A DNA stretch of 31,116 nucleotides from Chlamydiota bacterium (GTDB taxonomy: Bacteria > Chlamydiota > Chlamydiia > Chlamydiales > SM23-39). Positions 1 to 8,935 of this stretch are shown piece by piece. The DNA is taken from positions 1 to 31,116 of the forward strand of contig JBCAXK010000015.1 in the NCBI GenBank assembly GCA_038534095.1, in the 5' to 3' direction. Every line of letters starts with the position of its first letter. The first letter of the stretch is position 1. Below the pieces are notes generated by a model. That model saw nothing but the letters and a program-made list of their open reading frames with translations. It made no database searches and had not been told where the DNA came from. The translations under genes and the position numbers were made by a program.

Positions 1-167
1 AGCAAAAAAACTCTTGTTTTTATAATAAATAGTTTTTAAAAAACGATTGTGATATGATTATATTTTAATAAAACAAACGCTTTAATAATCATTTTTTATA
101 TCAAAATAAATTTATTATGTATAAAAAATTTAAAAAGTGTTTTTGCAAATTTTTTAAGGAATGTACT

Positions 168-848
168 ATGACACGCGTCGTTCAAAATCCATTGCTTGCA
201 AATCTTCCAACAACGACCTATTGTTCGATGATTTGCCAAAAAACTGTTCATGCTATTCAGAGGGTTTGGTCTTGTGTTTGTCAGCTTATTTGTGATTGTT
301 GGATCTGGATGACTAGCCTATGTCGTTCTACCTCAACATCCGAGAAAGCACAGCTACCCAAAGGGAAGCCATATTCTTACGCGCGATCTACATCTACCTA
401 CGAAAACTCCCCCGTAAAAGCAACCGACGCGCATTCCTCTAAAGGCGAATCGCTTACGAAAAAAAACAAACCCTATGCCTATCATAAATCTACATCAGCC
501 TACCAAAATGCCCGGTCAAAATCATCGCAAGCTCCATCCGATCATTCCGCGCCATCTCAGCGCATAGGACAGGAAGATTCGGAGATATACTTCCCCGAAT
601 ACGTCCCACCCGATATTCAAAAGGCGATGGATGATTTAGATAGGTATGAATATGGATCTCATAGCTTTACTCCAGTCCAACCAACAAAGCCTCGATCTAG
701 CGCCTCCAAACATCCGTTGAATGCGCAGAAGAGGGACACCGATACCTCGTCCTCTGCATTTTTCCGAGATTTCTCCGGGTTTGCCTCCCTATTTTCTAAC
801 CATATATACCCGGAAAATGACCACACTTGGTCTTCTTTTCCATTTTGA
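168..848 (+). CDS. Hypothetical Ser/Thr-rich protein, candidate secreted effector
   Basis: ORF 117..848. The ATG at 168 is preferred because AAGGA lies 7 nt upstream. Cys/Trp-rich amphipathic N-terminal segment, duplicated KPYxYxxSTSxYxN motif, otherwise low complexity. Confidence 0.7.
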   Translation: MTRVVQNPLLANLPTTTYCSMICQKTVHAIQRVWSCVCQLICDCWIWMTSLCRSTSTSEKAQLPKGKPYSYARSTSTYENSPVKATDAHSSKGESLTKKNKPYAYHKSTSAYQNARSKSSQAPSDHSAPSQRIGQEDSEIYFPEYVPPDIQKAMDDLDRYEYGSHSFTPVQPTKPRSSASKHPLNAQKRDTDTSSSAFFRDFSGFASLFSNHIYPENDHTWSSFPF

Positions 849-969
849 GCCTTGCGCCGGAGCATTTTTGAGATCGCCCATCAAGGTTATTTCTCGGATA
901 AGCCTCTAACGTCAAACTCTCAATTGTTTCTATTGTCAAGAATACTCTTGCTATAGAAAACTTAGCGTT

Positions 970-1896
970 ATGAAAGCTGGCGTATTTACTGCAAGTGGAT
1001 TTGGAGATGGGCTCATCATGATGCTCGTTGCCAACGCGCTCAAACAAGAGGGCTTGACCGTTGTTTTCTATAACCAGCACCTTCTCTCTCTAGGAGAGCG
1101 TTTTGACGGCATTTTGTTTTCTCTTCCCCCAAAAATATCCACGATCCCTTCAATAGGGAAGTCTCTTGATTGTATTTTTTTGCAGCACGATAACTCCCCC
1201 CTGGCAAAGTCCCTAATCACTTTACGCAAACAAGGACTTCGAGTCATTGCCTTTTATAGCAACCATCAGCAAAAAAAACATGGCCAGCTGCATGAAGATG
1301 ACTGGGTGTTACCTGCGGAAAAGCCCATTGTTCACGGTCTACAAGAGGCAATGACCAAATTTTTACACAAACCCGTCAGCCGCTCTATTGGCATGAGCCC
1401 TTGGAAAACGGCTAACCCCTCGAAAAAAGTGGTTCTCCACCCCTTTAGCACCTCTTCTCAAAAAAACTGGCCTTGGCAAAAGTTCCTCCGGTTAGGGAAG
1501 GAAATCGCTTCCCTAGGCTATGAGCCACATTTTTGCATGAGCCCAAAAGAACGCGCCACTTGTGACCAGAAAGGCCTCTCGATCCCCCATCTACCAACGC
1601 TCTCTTCTCTAGTGGATTTCTTAGCAGATGCTGCTTGTTTTATTGGGAATGACTCTGGGCCTGGCCACCTCGCCTCTTACATGCAAATTCCTTCTATCAT
1701 TCTATCTGGCAACCCCTGGATACAGCACTGGCAGCCTGGCTGGCAGCCTGCGACTCTCATCACCCCCTCCATATGGATTCCAAAAGCCAAAGCAGCCTTC
1801 CGGATGCGGGAGCGTTTTTGGCAAAAGTGGGTCTCGATCAATAAAGTTTTGAAAACATTTTCTTCGATGGTTGACGTAGATCCCTTACTTCGATAA
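970..1896 (+). CDS. Glycosyltransferase family 9 (heptosyltransferase-like)
   Basis: N-terminal GFGDGL motif, HPF...KNWP, and the C-terminal IGNDSGPGHLA signature of GT9. Confidence 0.88.
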   Translation: MKAGVFTASGFGDGLIMMLVANALKQEGLTVVFYNQHLLSLGERFDGILFSLPPKISTIPSIGKSLDCIFLQHDNSPLAKSLITLRKQGLRVIAFYSNHQQKKHGQLHEDDWVLPAEKPIVHGLQEAMTKFLHKPVSRSIGMSPWKTANPSKKVVLHPFSTSSQKNWPWQKFLRLGKEIASLGYEPHFCMSPKERATCDQKGLSIPHLPTLSSLVDFLADAACFIGNDSGPGHLASYMQIPSIILSGNPWIQHWQPGWQPATLITPSIWIPKAKAAFRMRERFWQKWVSINKVLKTFSSMVDVDPLLR

Positions 1897-1920
1897 AATG
1901 ACGTTAGGGGGACTTTATCT

Positions 1921-2166
1921 ATGAAAAAATCTGATCCAAAAAAGTGTGCAAAAAAAATTGCTCGCACTCATACAGATACTCCTGACGAGGGGGAATTGCA
2001 AAAAGCCGTTACGAAAAAACCTACCGAACGGCAAAAGAAAAAACAGCAAAAACTCGAGATGAAACAACAGAAAATGCCTAGATCAAGAGAGCCGGTAGAT
2101 GACGCGGAACATTCTCCTGAAATGCGCACACAAATTCGAGATTTTTTTCATAGACCTAGGCAATAG
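1921..2166 (+). CDS. Small Lys/Gln-rich hypothetical protein
   Basis: 81-aa ORF 24 nt after the GT9 gene, with AGGGGG SD-like sequence upstream; highly charged. Confidence 0.65.
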   Translation: MKKSDPKKCAKKIARTHTDTPDEGELQKAVTKKPTERQKKKQQKLEMKQQKMPRSREPVDDAEHSPEMRTQIRDFFHRPRQ

Positions 2167-2290
2167 ATCTAAATCAATAGGCTGTTATTCTTGAAAAAAA
2201 TCTTCTTTTGAACAGTTCGCTTCACCCAAGCAGGCAAAGGTTCTTGCCCATTCTTGGGCTTGCAACATGCTAGTAAATCAGAGCCTTTTT

Positions 2291-2536
2291 TTACTCTATA
2301 CGGGTCGGCTCTTCACCCTTGTCCTGATCGGTATTGGTATTGTTACTATTATCAGAAGAGTCTTCGCGGCTTCCGCTACCGTTTCTTTCTTCTGAGCTAC
2401 TATTTTCATCGCCACAGTTTAAGGTTCCGTCTCCGTTGATGGTATTTATATCAATATCAATATCAACTCGAATAGACATTGAGAAAGCCACATTGGGAGT
2501 AGAAGATAACAACACTAAAGCTAAAAGATGTTTCAT
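2291..2536 (-). CDS. Small secreted hypothetical protein (signal peptide + acidic Ser/Asn tail)
   Basis: Internal ATG at 2536 with GGGAG upstream. MKHLLALVLLSSTPNVAFS resembles a Sec signal peptide. Confidence 0.6.
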   Translation of the reverse strand: MKHLLALVLLSSTPNVAFSMSIRVDIDIDINTINGDGTLNCGDENSSSEERNGSGSREDSSDNSNNTNTDQDKGEEPTRIE

Positions 2537-2706
2537 TGATTGCTCCCGAAACCGACTGTTGATCTGCTTGTTGTAATCGACGTCTTTGCTTCTACTGGTG
2601 TATGTAGATTTACAGTCACCCGAACACGAAAAAACGAAAAAACCACCGCTCCTGTTAAGAGCAGAAGCCAAATTAGTATGATGGGATTTTCTTTTAAAAT
2701 TTTCAT
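2533..2706 (-). CDS. 57-aa single-TM small protein (not in ORF track)
   Basis: Hand translation: MKILKENPIILIWLLLLTGAVVFSFFRVRVTVNLHTPVEAKTSITTSRSTVGFGSNQ*. Its TGA overlaps the next ATG (ATGA). Confidence 0.55.
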   Translation of the reverse strand: MKILKENPIILIWLLLLTGAVVFSFFRVRVTVNLHTPVEAKTSITTSRSTVGFGSNQ

Positions 2707-3119
2707 TCTTGATATCTTAGCAAACGCTTTGGATTATTGATGAAATCTTCATTCTATCGATTCAATATTTTCTTGTGTATTTTTTTTGCAAAATCAAAGA
2801 AATATTGTACCTTGGACCACTTTTAACCGAAGACTTTTAACTGCTGCAGGCATCATCTAAAGAAACTGAGTGAGAGCCCCAATTTACAGAGTAATACTAG
2901 ACTTGCTGCTCCATTTCGATGCTATTCTTAGAGGGCATTTTCTTGAAAATGGATACCTAGAAGAGATCCGTGTTGCTGGCTCTATGAACTGCAATTTCGT
3001 AAGGGATAACACTATGGGCGCAAACTTTGATGCGCCGGTTCTAAGACAAACTGTTCATGATTGTCTTTTTTTGTATAAATCTCCTATTATTTTGTTCAAA
3101 CGATTTTACACGATGATGC

Positions 3120-3995
3120 ATGACCCGCATTCTTCACTGCTCCGATTTTCATTTCCCACAAAAAATCACCGATGATCCTTCTCAAATTTTCCTACAATTT
3201 TTTTCCAAAAGATGGATTGGGAACACGAATTGGCACTTCTCTAGAAAGCACCATTTTTCCCATGATCAGCTCAATCAGCTCCCTGCATTTTGCAAGGCGG
3301 AATCGGTAGAGACCGTGATTTTTACCGGAGACGCCTCGATTACAGGAACAAAAAAGGAGCTCGAAAATGCCGCGGCTTTTTTTGAAAAAATCCGCGCAGA
3401 AAATATTCAAATCCTTACCCTTCCTGGAAATCATGATCATTACACAAAAAAATCCTTTCGTGAAAAAGCGTTTTATAACCATTTTCCTGACAACCCTTCT
3501 TCCAATTACTCGTTGAGAAATGGAGGCGTAGAAGCTCTTCCTTTATCGAAAGACTGGTATTATGTCGGGCTTGACACGGTAAGAAGCACTCCCCCCTATT
3601 CCTCTAGAGGCGACTTTACAAAACGCATTGAACAACAACTACAAGAGGTGTTACGTGACCTGCCCGATACCCCAATCCTTATGGCCAACCACTTTCCCTT
3701 TCTTCCCTTTGACCATCCAAGAAAGATTCTGGAGAAGGGAAATCGTTTAGAAACGATCATTGCCAATGATCCTAGAATTCAAATTTATATCCACGGTCAC
3801 ACCCACCGGCAGTGCATTGCCGATCTTCGGGAAGACAATCTTGCTCTGATTTTAGATAGCGGAAGCGGAGCTCATAAACACTATGGAACATTCCATCTGT
3901 ATGATTTACAAAAAAACAGCATCGAAATCACCGTTTATACAACAACAAAAAATATGTTTTCACCGATACATAACACGCGATTTTTCTGGAGTTAA
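3120..3995 (+). CDS. Calcineurin-like metallophosphoesterase
   Basis: All five motifs present: SDFH, TGD, GNHD, NH, HGHTH. Confidence 0.9.
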   Translation: MTRILHCSDFHFPQKITDDPSQIFLQFFSKRWIGNTNWHFSRKHHFSHDQLNQLPAFCKAESVETVIFTGDASITGTKKELENAAAFFEKIRAENIQILTLPGNHDHYTKKSFREKAFYNHFPDNPSSNYSLRNGGVEALPLSKDWYYVGLDTVRSTPPYSSRGDFTKRIEQQLQEVLRDLPDTPILMANHFPFLPFDHPRKILEKGNRLETIIANDPRIQIYIHGHTHRQCIADLREDNLALILDSGSGAHKHYGTFHLYDLQKNSIEITVYTTTKNMFSPIHNTRFFWS

Positions 3996-4048
3996 CAATT
4001 TGAATACGCGGTTTTTGATCTTTTCACAGCAATGATTGAGGCAATTGT

Positions 4049-4525
4049 ATGATTTACCAACTATTCCTCTGTTTTTTCACAAGCTTATCCCTATTTTCTT
4101 GCCCCTTTTGTCCAGGCTCATTTGCAAGAGAAGCGCAAACGTTTTATGAAGATGATCTTGTTCTTGGCGTTTATCCTCATAAACCAATCTATCCCAATCA
4201 TGTCCTTGCTATTCCGAAAAGACACGTCGAGCGCCTCGAAGAATTAACCGGTGAGGAAATGCAGGCGATTTTTCATTTAGCAAAAAAAATCGAAGAAAAA
4301 ATTTTCCAAAAAAATGGTTTGACCCATTACCTGTTGTTACAGAAAAACGGCCGAAGCGCCGGGCAAACTGTACCCCACGCCCACTTCCATATGATCCCCA
4401 TCGCTGAAGGGACTTGGACCATCTCGGTTTTATGGCGTTTTTTTTCTGAGCTTTTTTATTCCCCCTTGCGAGAAGAGGCTCTCCGAGAAAAAACGGCTTT
4501 ACTTGCAGAGCAAATCAGCGATTGA
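4049..4525 (+). CDS. HIT family nucleotide hydrolase
   Basis: CPFC Zn knuckle, HVLAIPKRH, and the AGQTVPHAHFHMIP histidine triad. Confidence 0.9.
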   Translation: MIYQLFLCFFTSLSLFSCPFCPGSFAREAQTFYEDDLVLGVYPHKPIYPNHVLAIPKRHVERLEELTGEEMQAIFHLAKKIEEKIFQKNGLTHYLLLQKNGRSAGQTVPHAHFHMIPIAEGTWTISVLWRFFSELFYSPLREEALREKTALLAEQISD

Positions 4526-4564
4526 TCTACGATCCACTCAGGGCCTTTCTCCCCTCTTTTTCTA

Positions 4565-4593
4565 TTGCTTCTATTAAAAACTCTATCTAAACT
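4565..4593 (+). promoter_or_regulatory. Putative sigma70-type promoter for the phosphohexomutase gene
   Basis: TTGCTT-17 nt-TAAACT ending 15 nt before the ATG at 4609. Confidence 0.4.
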
Positions 4594-4608
4594 GAATTCT
4601 GTACGACT

Positions 4609-6360
4609 ATGAATACTACTATCCCCAATTTAGACGCCTTTTCTCCCGAAGCGCAAAAGCATATTGCACAAGTATTTCATAAAAATTACGACAGCACCTA
4701 CAAAAGAGACACCCTTCTTTTCCTGCAAAAGCACCCAGAAGAGGTCAATAGCGCCTTTAGCACGCTTTCTTTTGGAACAGGCGGCATCAGAGCTTTGATG
4801 GGCGTAGGATCAGCTCGTCTCAATGAGTATACCATTGAGATGATTACCCAAGGACTTGCGCTCTACTTAAAAAAACAGAAAAAAAAACGTCTTTCTGTCT
4901 TCATTAGTTACGACAATCGTCATCATTCTCATTTCTTTGCTAAGCTCTCTGCTCAGGTGCTCGCAGGAAATGGGATCGACGTATATCTTGTAAAAAACCT
5001 CCGCCCCACCCCTCTTTGCTCTTTTGGCTGTAGGTACTATGGCTGTAACGCAGGCATTATGATCACAGCTTCTCACAACGCCCCTGAATATAACGGCTAT
5101 AAGGTCTACTGGAGTGATGGGGCGCAGGTCACAGAGCCCCATGACCAGGGAATCATGCAAGCGATCTCCACCATTGAAGGTCCTGAAGAGGTGTTGCGGG
5201 CGAATATAAAAAATCCACGTATCCACTGGGTAGATCATACGCTCGATCAGGCCTATTTTCAGGAAGCAAAAACACTTTTTTCAAAAATGTTTGGAAGAAA
5301 AGCGAGAAAAAGCCGCTTGCGTATTGTGTATTCTAACCTGCATGGAACTGGGATCACCATCATTCCAACAGTTCTAGAACAGCTCGGATTTTCTGAGCTT
5401 TTTTACGTAAAAGAACAGCTCCCCCCCGACCCCCAGTTTTCTGCAGCAGAAAATCCAAACCCCGAAGAGCTCCATGCGTTGCAACTAGGTGTCGACCTGA
5501 TGGTCAAAAAGGCCGATCTTTTCCTCGCAACCGATCCAGATGCTGATCGGATTGGGGTCATTGCGATGCACGACAAAACGCCCATACGTTTTTCAGGGAA
5601 TCAAGTCGCCTGCCTCTGTCTCGACTTTTTGCTGCACAATAAAGAGTCTTTTCCGAAAAACCCCGCTTTCATCAAAAGCCTCGTCACGACAGATCTTTTC
5701 TCGACTATGTGCAAAGCTCACGGTTATCCTTGCTACGAAGTGCCTACCGGATTCAAATACATTGCAGAAAAAATCGCTGCTTGGGATACCTCCAAAGAAC
5801 ACTCCTTTGTCTTTGGCGCAGAGGAGTCTTTAGGCTACCTGCTCGGCTCCTTTGTCCGGGATAAAGACGCTGCTATAGCAGCTGGATTGATTGCTCTTGT
5901 TACAGAGGATGCCAAAAAACAGAACCTATCTCTCTACGCTCTTTTGAAAAAAATCTACGCATCGTACGGAGTCTATAGAGAAAAGCTCCTCTCTTTTTCT
6001 TTTTCTATCGACCAAGAACCTCTGATGAAGGGCGCGATGGAAGAACTACGAAAACATCCAAAAAGATTGAGTAAAAAGCAGACCCTTTGGAAAATCGAGG
6101 ATTATGAAAAAGGGATTGTTGTCGATCTCATTCACAAAACGGAACAACCACTTGCCAAGAAGAGCGCCGGAATGCTTCGCTACACGTTCCAGGAATTTTG
6201 CTCTGTTACGCTAAGAATTTCCGGAACAGAACCAAAAATCAAAAGTTATCTTAGCTCGCATAGAAAAGAATTTGCTTCTGTCGATGAGGCCATCAAAGAT
6301 TGCGACCATGATCTCGACTCTTTAGAAGAAGAGGTTCGCTCTTTTTTTCGGATCGATTAG
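4609..6360 (+). CDS. pgm: Phosphoglucomutase/phosphomannomutase (alpha-D-phosphohexomutase)
   Basis: FGTGGIR, catalytic ITASHN, metal loop DPDADR, sugar loop GAEES, and the (I)SGTEPKIK phosphate-binding motif. Confidence 0.93.
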   Translation: MNTTIPNLDAFSPEAQKHIAQVFHKNYDSTYKRDTLLFLQKHPEEVNSAFSTLSFGTGGIRALMGVGSARLNEYTIEMITQGLALYLKKQKKKRLSVFISYDNRHHSHFFAKLSAQVLAGNGIDVYLVKNLRPTPLCSFGCRYYGCNAGIMITASHNAPEYNGYKVYWSDGAQVTEPHDQGIMQAISTIEGPEEVLRANIKNPRIHWVDHTLDQAYFQEAKTLFSKMFGRKARKSRLRIVYSNLHGTGITIIPTVLEQLGFSELFYVKEQLPPDPQFSAAENPNPEELHALQLGVDLMVKKADLFLATDPDADRIGVIAMHDKTPIRFSGNQVACLCLDFLLHNKESFPKNPAFIKSLVTTDLFSTMCKAHGYPCYEVPTGFKYIAEKIAAWDTSKEHSFVFGAEESLGYLLGSFVRDKDAAIAAGLIALVTEDAKKQNLSLYALLKKIYASYGVYREKLLSFSFSIDQEPLMKGAMEELRKHPKRLSKKQTLWKIEDYEKGIVVDLIHKTEQPLAKKSAGMLRYTFQEFCSVTLRISGTEPKIKSYLSSHRKEFASVDEAIKDCDHDLDSLEEEVRSFFRID

Positions 6361-7568
6361 GGGACGATTGTCTGATAACCTTGTGAATGGGTACCAGAGG
6401 CGCTTACAGCAACGACTTCATACACCGCCTTTTCCCCCTTTTGAATCCGCCCATCTTCCAAAAACATCTTATCCTCTGGCGCGAGCTTCCGGAGCAATTG
6501 TCCATTTTTTCTCACTAAATAGTAGGCTACTTTTGCCCCTGCTAAAGTCTCCCATTCAAGAATATTTCTCCGCTCTTTACCCGACAAAAACTGCTGCTCT
6601 ATCTGCCTAACAGAAAGGTTTTGTACCGGATGACAAGGCTCCACTAACACAGCGCAGGGAGGATAGGGAAACAAAATCTCCCTAACAGTATTGAAGGTAT
6701 CTAAAGAAATGCTATCCAATGATTTTTGGATAGAGCTGCCCACATATAAATGGCTCCCGTCTTTTGTGATCGTAAACGAGGAGGCGCCAAGACTTACAGG
6801 AAGGGACCGATCCCAAACTTGTTTTTCCCAATCAAAGCGTCCTACATTTGCTGTTTTTTCTCCAAGAACATAGAGGTATTTCCCATCTGGAGATATGAGG
6901 ATTTGATTTCCCCCTTCTACAACATTGATCAAAGAACAGAGTTTTCTGACAGTTTTCTTCCGGTAATTCCAAACAAGAAGATCGTAATCATAACTGCTAG
7001 ACGCAATCACCATCTCGTTTTCATGAGGACCTGGGCAAATAGCTCCCAAATTTCCTGGATTCAATGAGACTGCGTCAGACATTTGTTTGCTTGTCAGGTT
7101 CACAGTTTGTAACATTCCCCCATCACCGGTGATGAACGCGAGATCTCCTTCTAGATTGATGGCAAGACGCAAAGCACCTTTCAGGTTGTGAGGCATTTTC
7201 GTTAGAAATTTTTGCTCACGAAGATCAAATATAAGAAAGTATGAAGGTGAGGTAGCAAAAAGATAAGGTTCTTGCAAACAAGCATCGCAAACCTTTTCCT
7301 GAAGATCAAGACGGCTTTTGACCGTTTTTTCCAAGCAGTCTACCACATAAACGTAGGAAGAGTCTTTGAGCTGCACGTAAAGTTCATTAGCCGCTTTTCT
7401 AAATAGGATTTTTTCTGGAAGAAACGATTGCAACGATAAAAAGCCATCTGTTTCTTCGCTTTCTCTCTCCATAAAAGAGAGGTATCCTTCTTCCAGATGG
7501 CCTACGTACAAGGTTTCTGCCTGCAAGAAGATCGCAACAAGACAGAGAACAAAGATCTTTCCGATCAT
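6357..7568 (-). CDS. Secreted YncE/YVTN-type beta-propeller protein with C-terminal FN3-like domain
   Basis: Signal peptide-like N-terminus; ISPDGKYLYV and ITKDGSHLYV blades; C-terminal N.LEW...YY.VRKNG...YEVVAVSASG. Its ATG overlaps the upstream stop. Confidence 0.75.
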   Translation of the reverse strand: MIGKIFVLCLVAIFLQAETLYVGHLEEGYLSFMERESEETDGFLSLQSFLPEKILFRKAANELYVQLKDSSYVYVVDCLEKTVKSRLDLQEKVCDACLQEPYLFATSPSYFLIFDLREQKFLTKMPHNLKGALRLAINLEGDLAFITGDGGMLQTVNLTSKQMSDAVSLNPGNLGAICPGPHENEMVIASSSYDYDLLVWNYRKKTVRKLCSLINVVEGGNQILISPDGKYLYVLGEKTANVGRFDWEKQVWDRSLPVSLGASSFTITKDGSHLYVGSSIQKSLDSISLDTFNTVREILFPYPPCAVLVEPCHPVQNLSVRQIEQQFLSGKERRNILEWETLAGAKVAYYLVRKNGQLLRKLAPEDKMFLEDGRIQKGEKAVYEVVAVSASGTHSQGYQTIVP

Positions 7569-8770
7569 TCGGGAGCCTCAATCGAAAAAGTCCGGCTAAG
7601 AGTACCAGAAGTACTCACTGCAGCGATAGCATAGAGATCTTTAGCCCCCTTTTTGATCCGATAATCCTCAAACAGCAAGGAACCTTCAGCGCTTATTTCC
7701 TGGATAAACCGCCCATTTTTCCAAATGCGAAAACTCTGAGTACTCGCTTTATCCGCTTTTTTCCAGGAAAGGCGATTGGTATAAATGTCTGTAGAGAGAA
7801 AGCTGCTTTTGCTTTGGGCAATCTTCAGTTCTTGTACTAGGGTAACGGGTTTGATCGCGATTCCCAAACACTCATCTTCCAAACAAATGGGCGCTCCAGC
7901 TCTGCCTGTTGCTACATCGATTGGAGTCACATCATCAGAAATAAAATTTGCCACAAAAATCGTCGCACCATCATCAGTAATGGCCGCGTCTTTAGGAAAA
8001 GTCCCTGTAGGGATGGGATCTCCCACAAAGCCCGCATTAAGAAAAATCGGAACAATATTCCCAGTAGCTTCCCCAAGAACGTAGGCAACTTCTCCATCAT
8101 GAGTCATCACAATTGCTCTTCCCCCTTCTGCAATCCCTTCTAATGGGATTTTTTGCAATACTCTATTCGTCTTTGTATCGATCGAGTAAAAGGGAAAAGG
8201 GGGAAGCGTAGAAACGACGCATAACAGGCTTTCATCGGGACTTAAGCACATACCATCAAACCTTCCTTCAAGAGATAAATTCATCGAAACGCCCTCTTGA
8301 ATATCGACGCAACAGATAGCGTCGGTTAAGGCAATGTAAGCTTTATCAGCAAGCCTAGAAAGTACAAGTTTTCTAGACCCGTATCCTGCAATGCTAGCTA
8401 CTTTTTTTCCCATCTTATTGTCTGGTATCGAGAAATTGTGCAGACCGTCGTGAGAAACAACATACCCCATATCACCAGAAGAGCTAATAGCTATCCCTGC
8501 TGGATCGGTAAGATGCATCGTAGCACATTTTTTGTAGGTACGGGTTTGAATCACCGAAATCGATTCAGACCCTGTGTTTACAACATAAAGATATTCCCCA
8601 TCTGGAGAAAATGCCATCGATTGGGGAGCCTCTTCGACAGCAATCGTAACGCCTACTCCTCCACTTCGGGTGTCGAACGTGCCTACAGCTCCTAAAGAGC
8701 GCTGGCTGACATAAGCAGGAGGAAAACTAAACAGGGTCAAAGGAAGAAAAAATAGATAGAAAGTCCTCAT
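7565..8770 (-). CDS. Secreted YncE/YVTN beta-propeller protein with C-terminal FN3-like domain (paralog of neighbour)
   Basis: PQSMAFSPDGEYLYVVNTGSESISVI and PKDAAITDDGATIFVAN repeats. ATG at 8770 gives the signal peptide MRTFYLFFLPLTLFS. Confidence 0.82.
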   Translation of the reverse strand: MRTFYLFFLPLTLFSFPPAYVSQRSLGAVGTFDTRSGGVGVTIAVEEAPQSMAFSPDGEYLYVVNTGSESISVIQTRTYKKCATMHLTDPAGIAISSSGDMGYVVSHDGLHNFSIPDNKMGKKVASIAGYGSRKLVLSRLADKAYIALTDAICCVDIQEGVSMNLSLEGRFDGMCLSPDESLLCVVSTLPPFPFYSIDTKTNRVLQKIPLEGIAEGGRAIVMTHDGEVAYVLGEATGNIVPIFLNAGFVGDPIPTGTFPKDAAITDDGATIFVANFISDDVTPIDVATGRAGAPICLEDECLGIAIKPVTLVQELKIAQSKSSFLSTDIYTNRLSWKKADKASTQSFRIWKNGRFIQEISAEGSLLFEDYRIKKGAKDLYAIAAVSTSGTLSRTFSIEAPE

Positions 8771-8848
8771 CGAAACCAACACACTTAAAAATCATATAGA
8801 AGAAAATACACAAAAAATATTTTAATCTCTTCTCTTTTTTCATCAAGT

Positions 8849-8904
8849 TTTTTCTACATGCTCAGAATCGATAACTTTAGAGAAAAGTACACGATTTTGG
8901 CAGT
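8849..8904 (+). repeat. Degenerate direct repeat, copy 1 (left boundary of AbiE/IS block)
   Basis: TTTTTCTACATGCTCAGAATCGATAACTTTAGAGAAAAGTACACGATTTTGGCAGT aligns to 11142-11193 at about 48 of 57 columns by hand. Confidence 0.8.
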
Positions 8905-8935
8905 CCAGAGCCTTTTTCAATGACTCTGTAAGAGA

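Noticed and set aside
2537..2671. 126-aa long version of the 2291 ORF and plus-strand ORFs 2254..2740
   Set aside because: Better explained by the SD-supported ATG at 2536 and the coupled 57-aa ORF; the plus-strand frames are shadows.
2870..3175. 101-aa ORF (FLENGYLE faintly recalls a reverse-transcriptase motif)
   Set aside because: GTG start without a clear SD, overlap with the metallophosphoesterase start, and no other RT motifs; cannot be supported.
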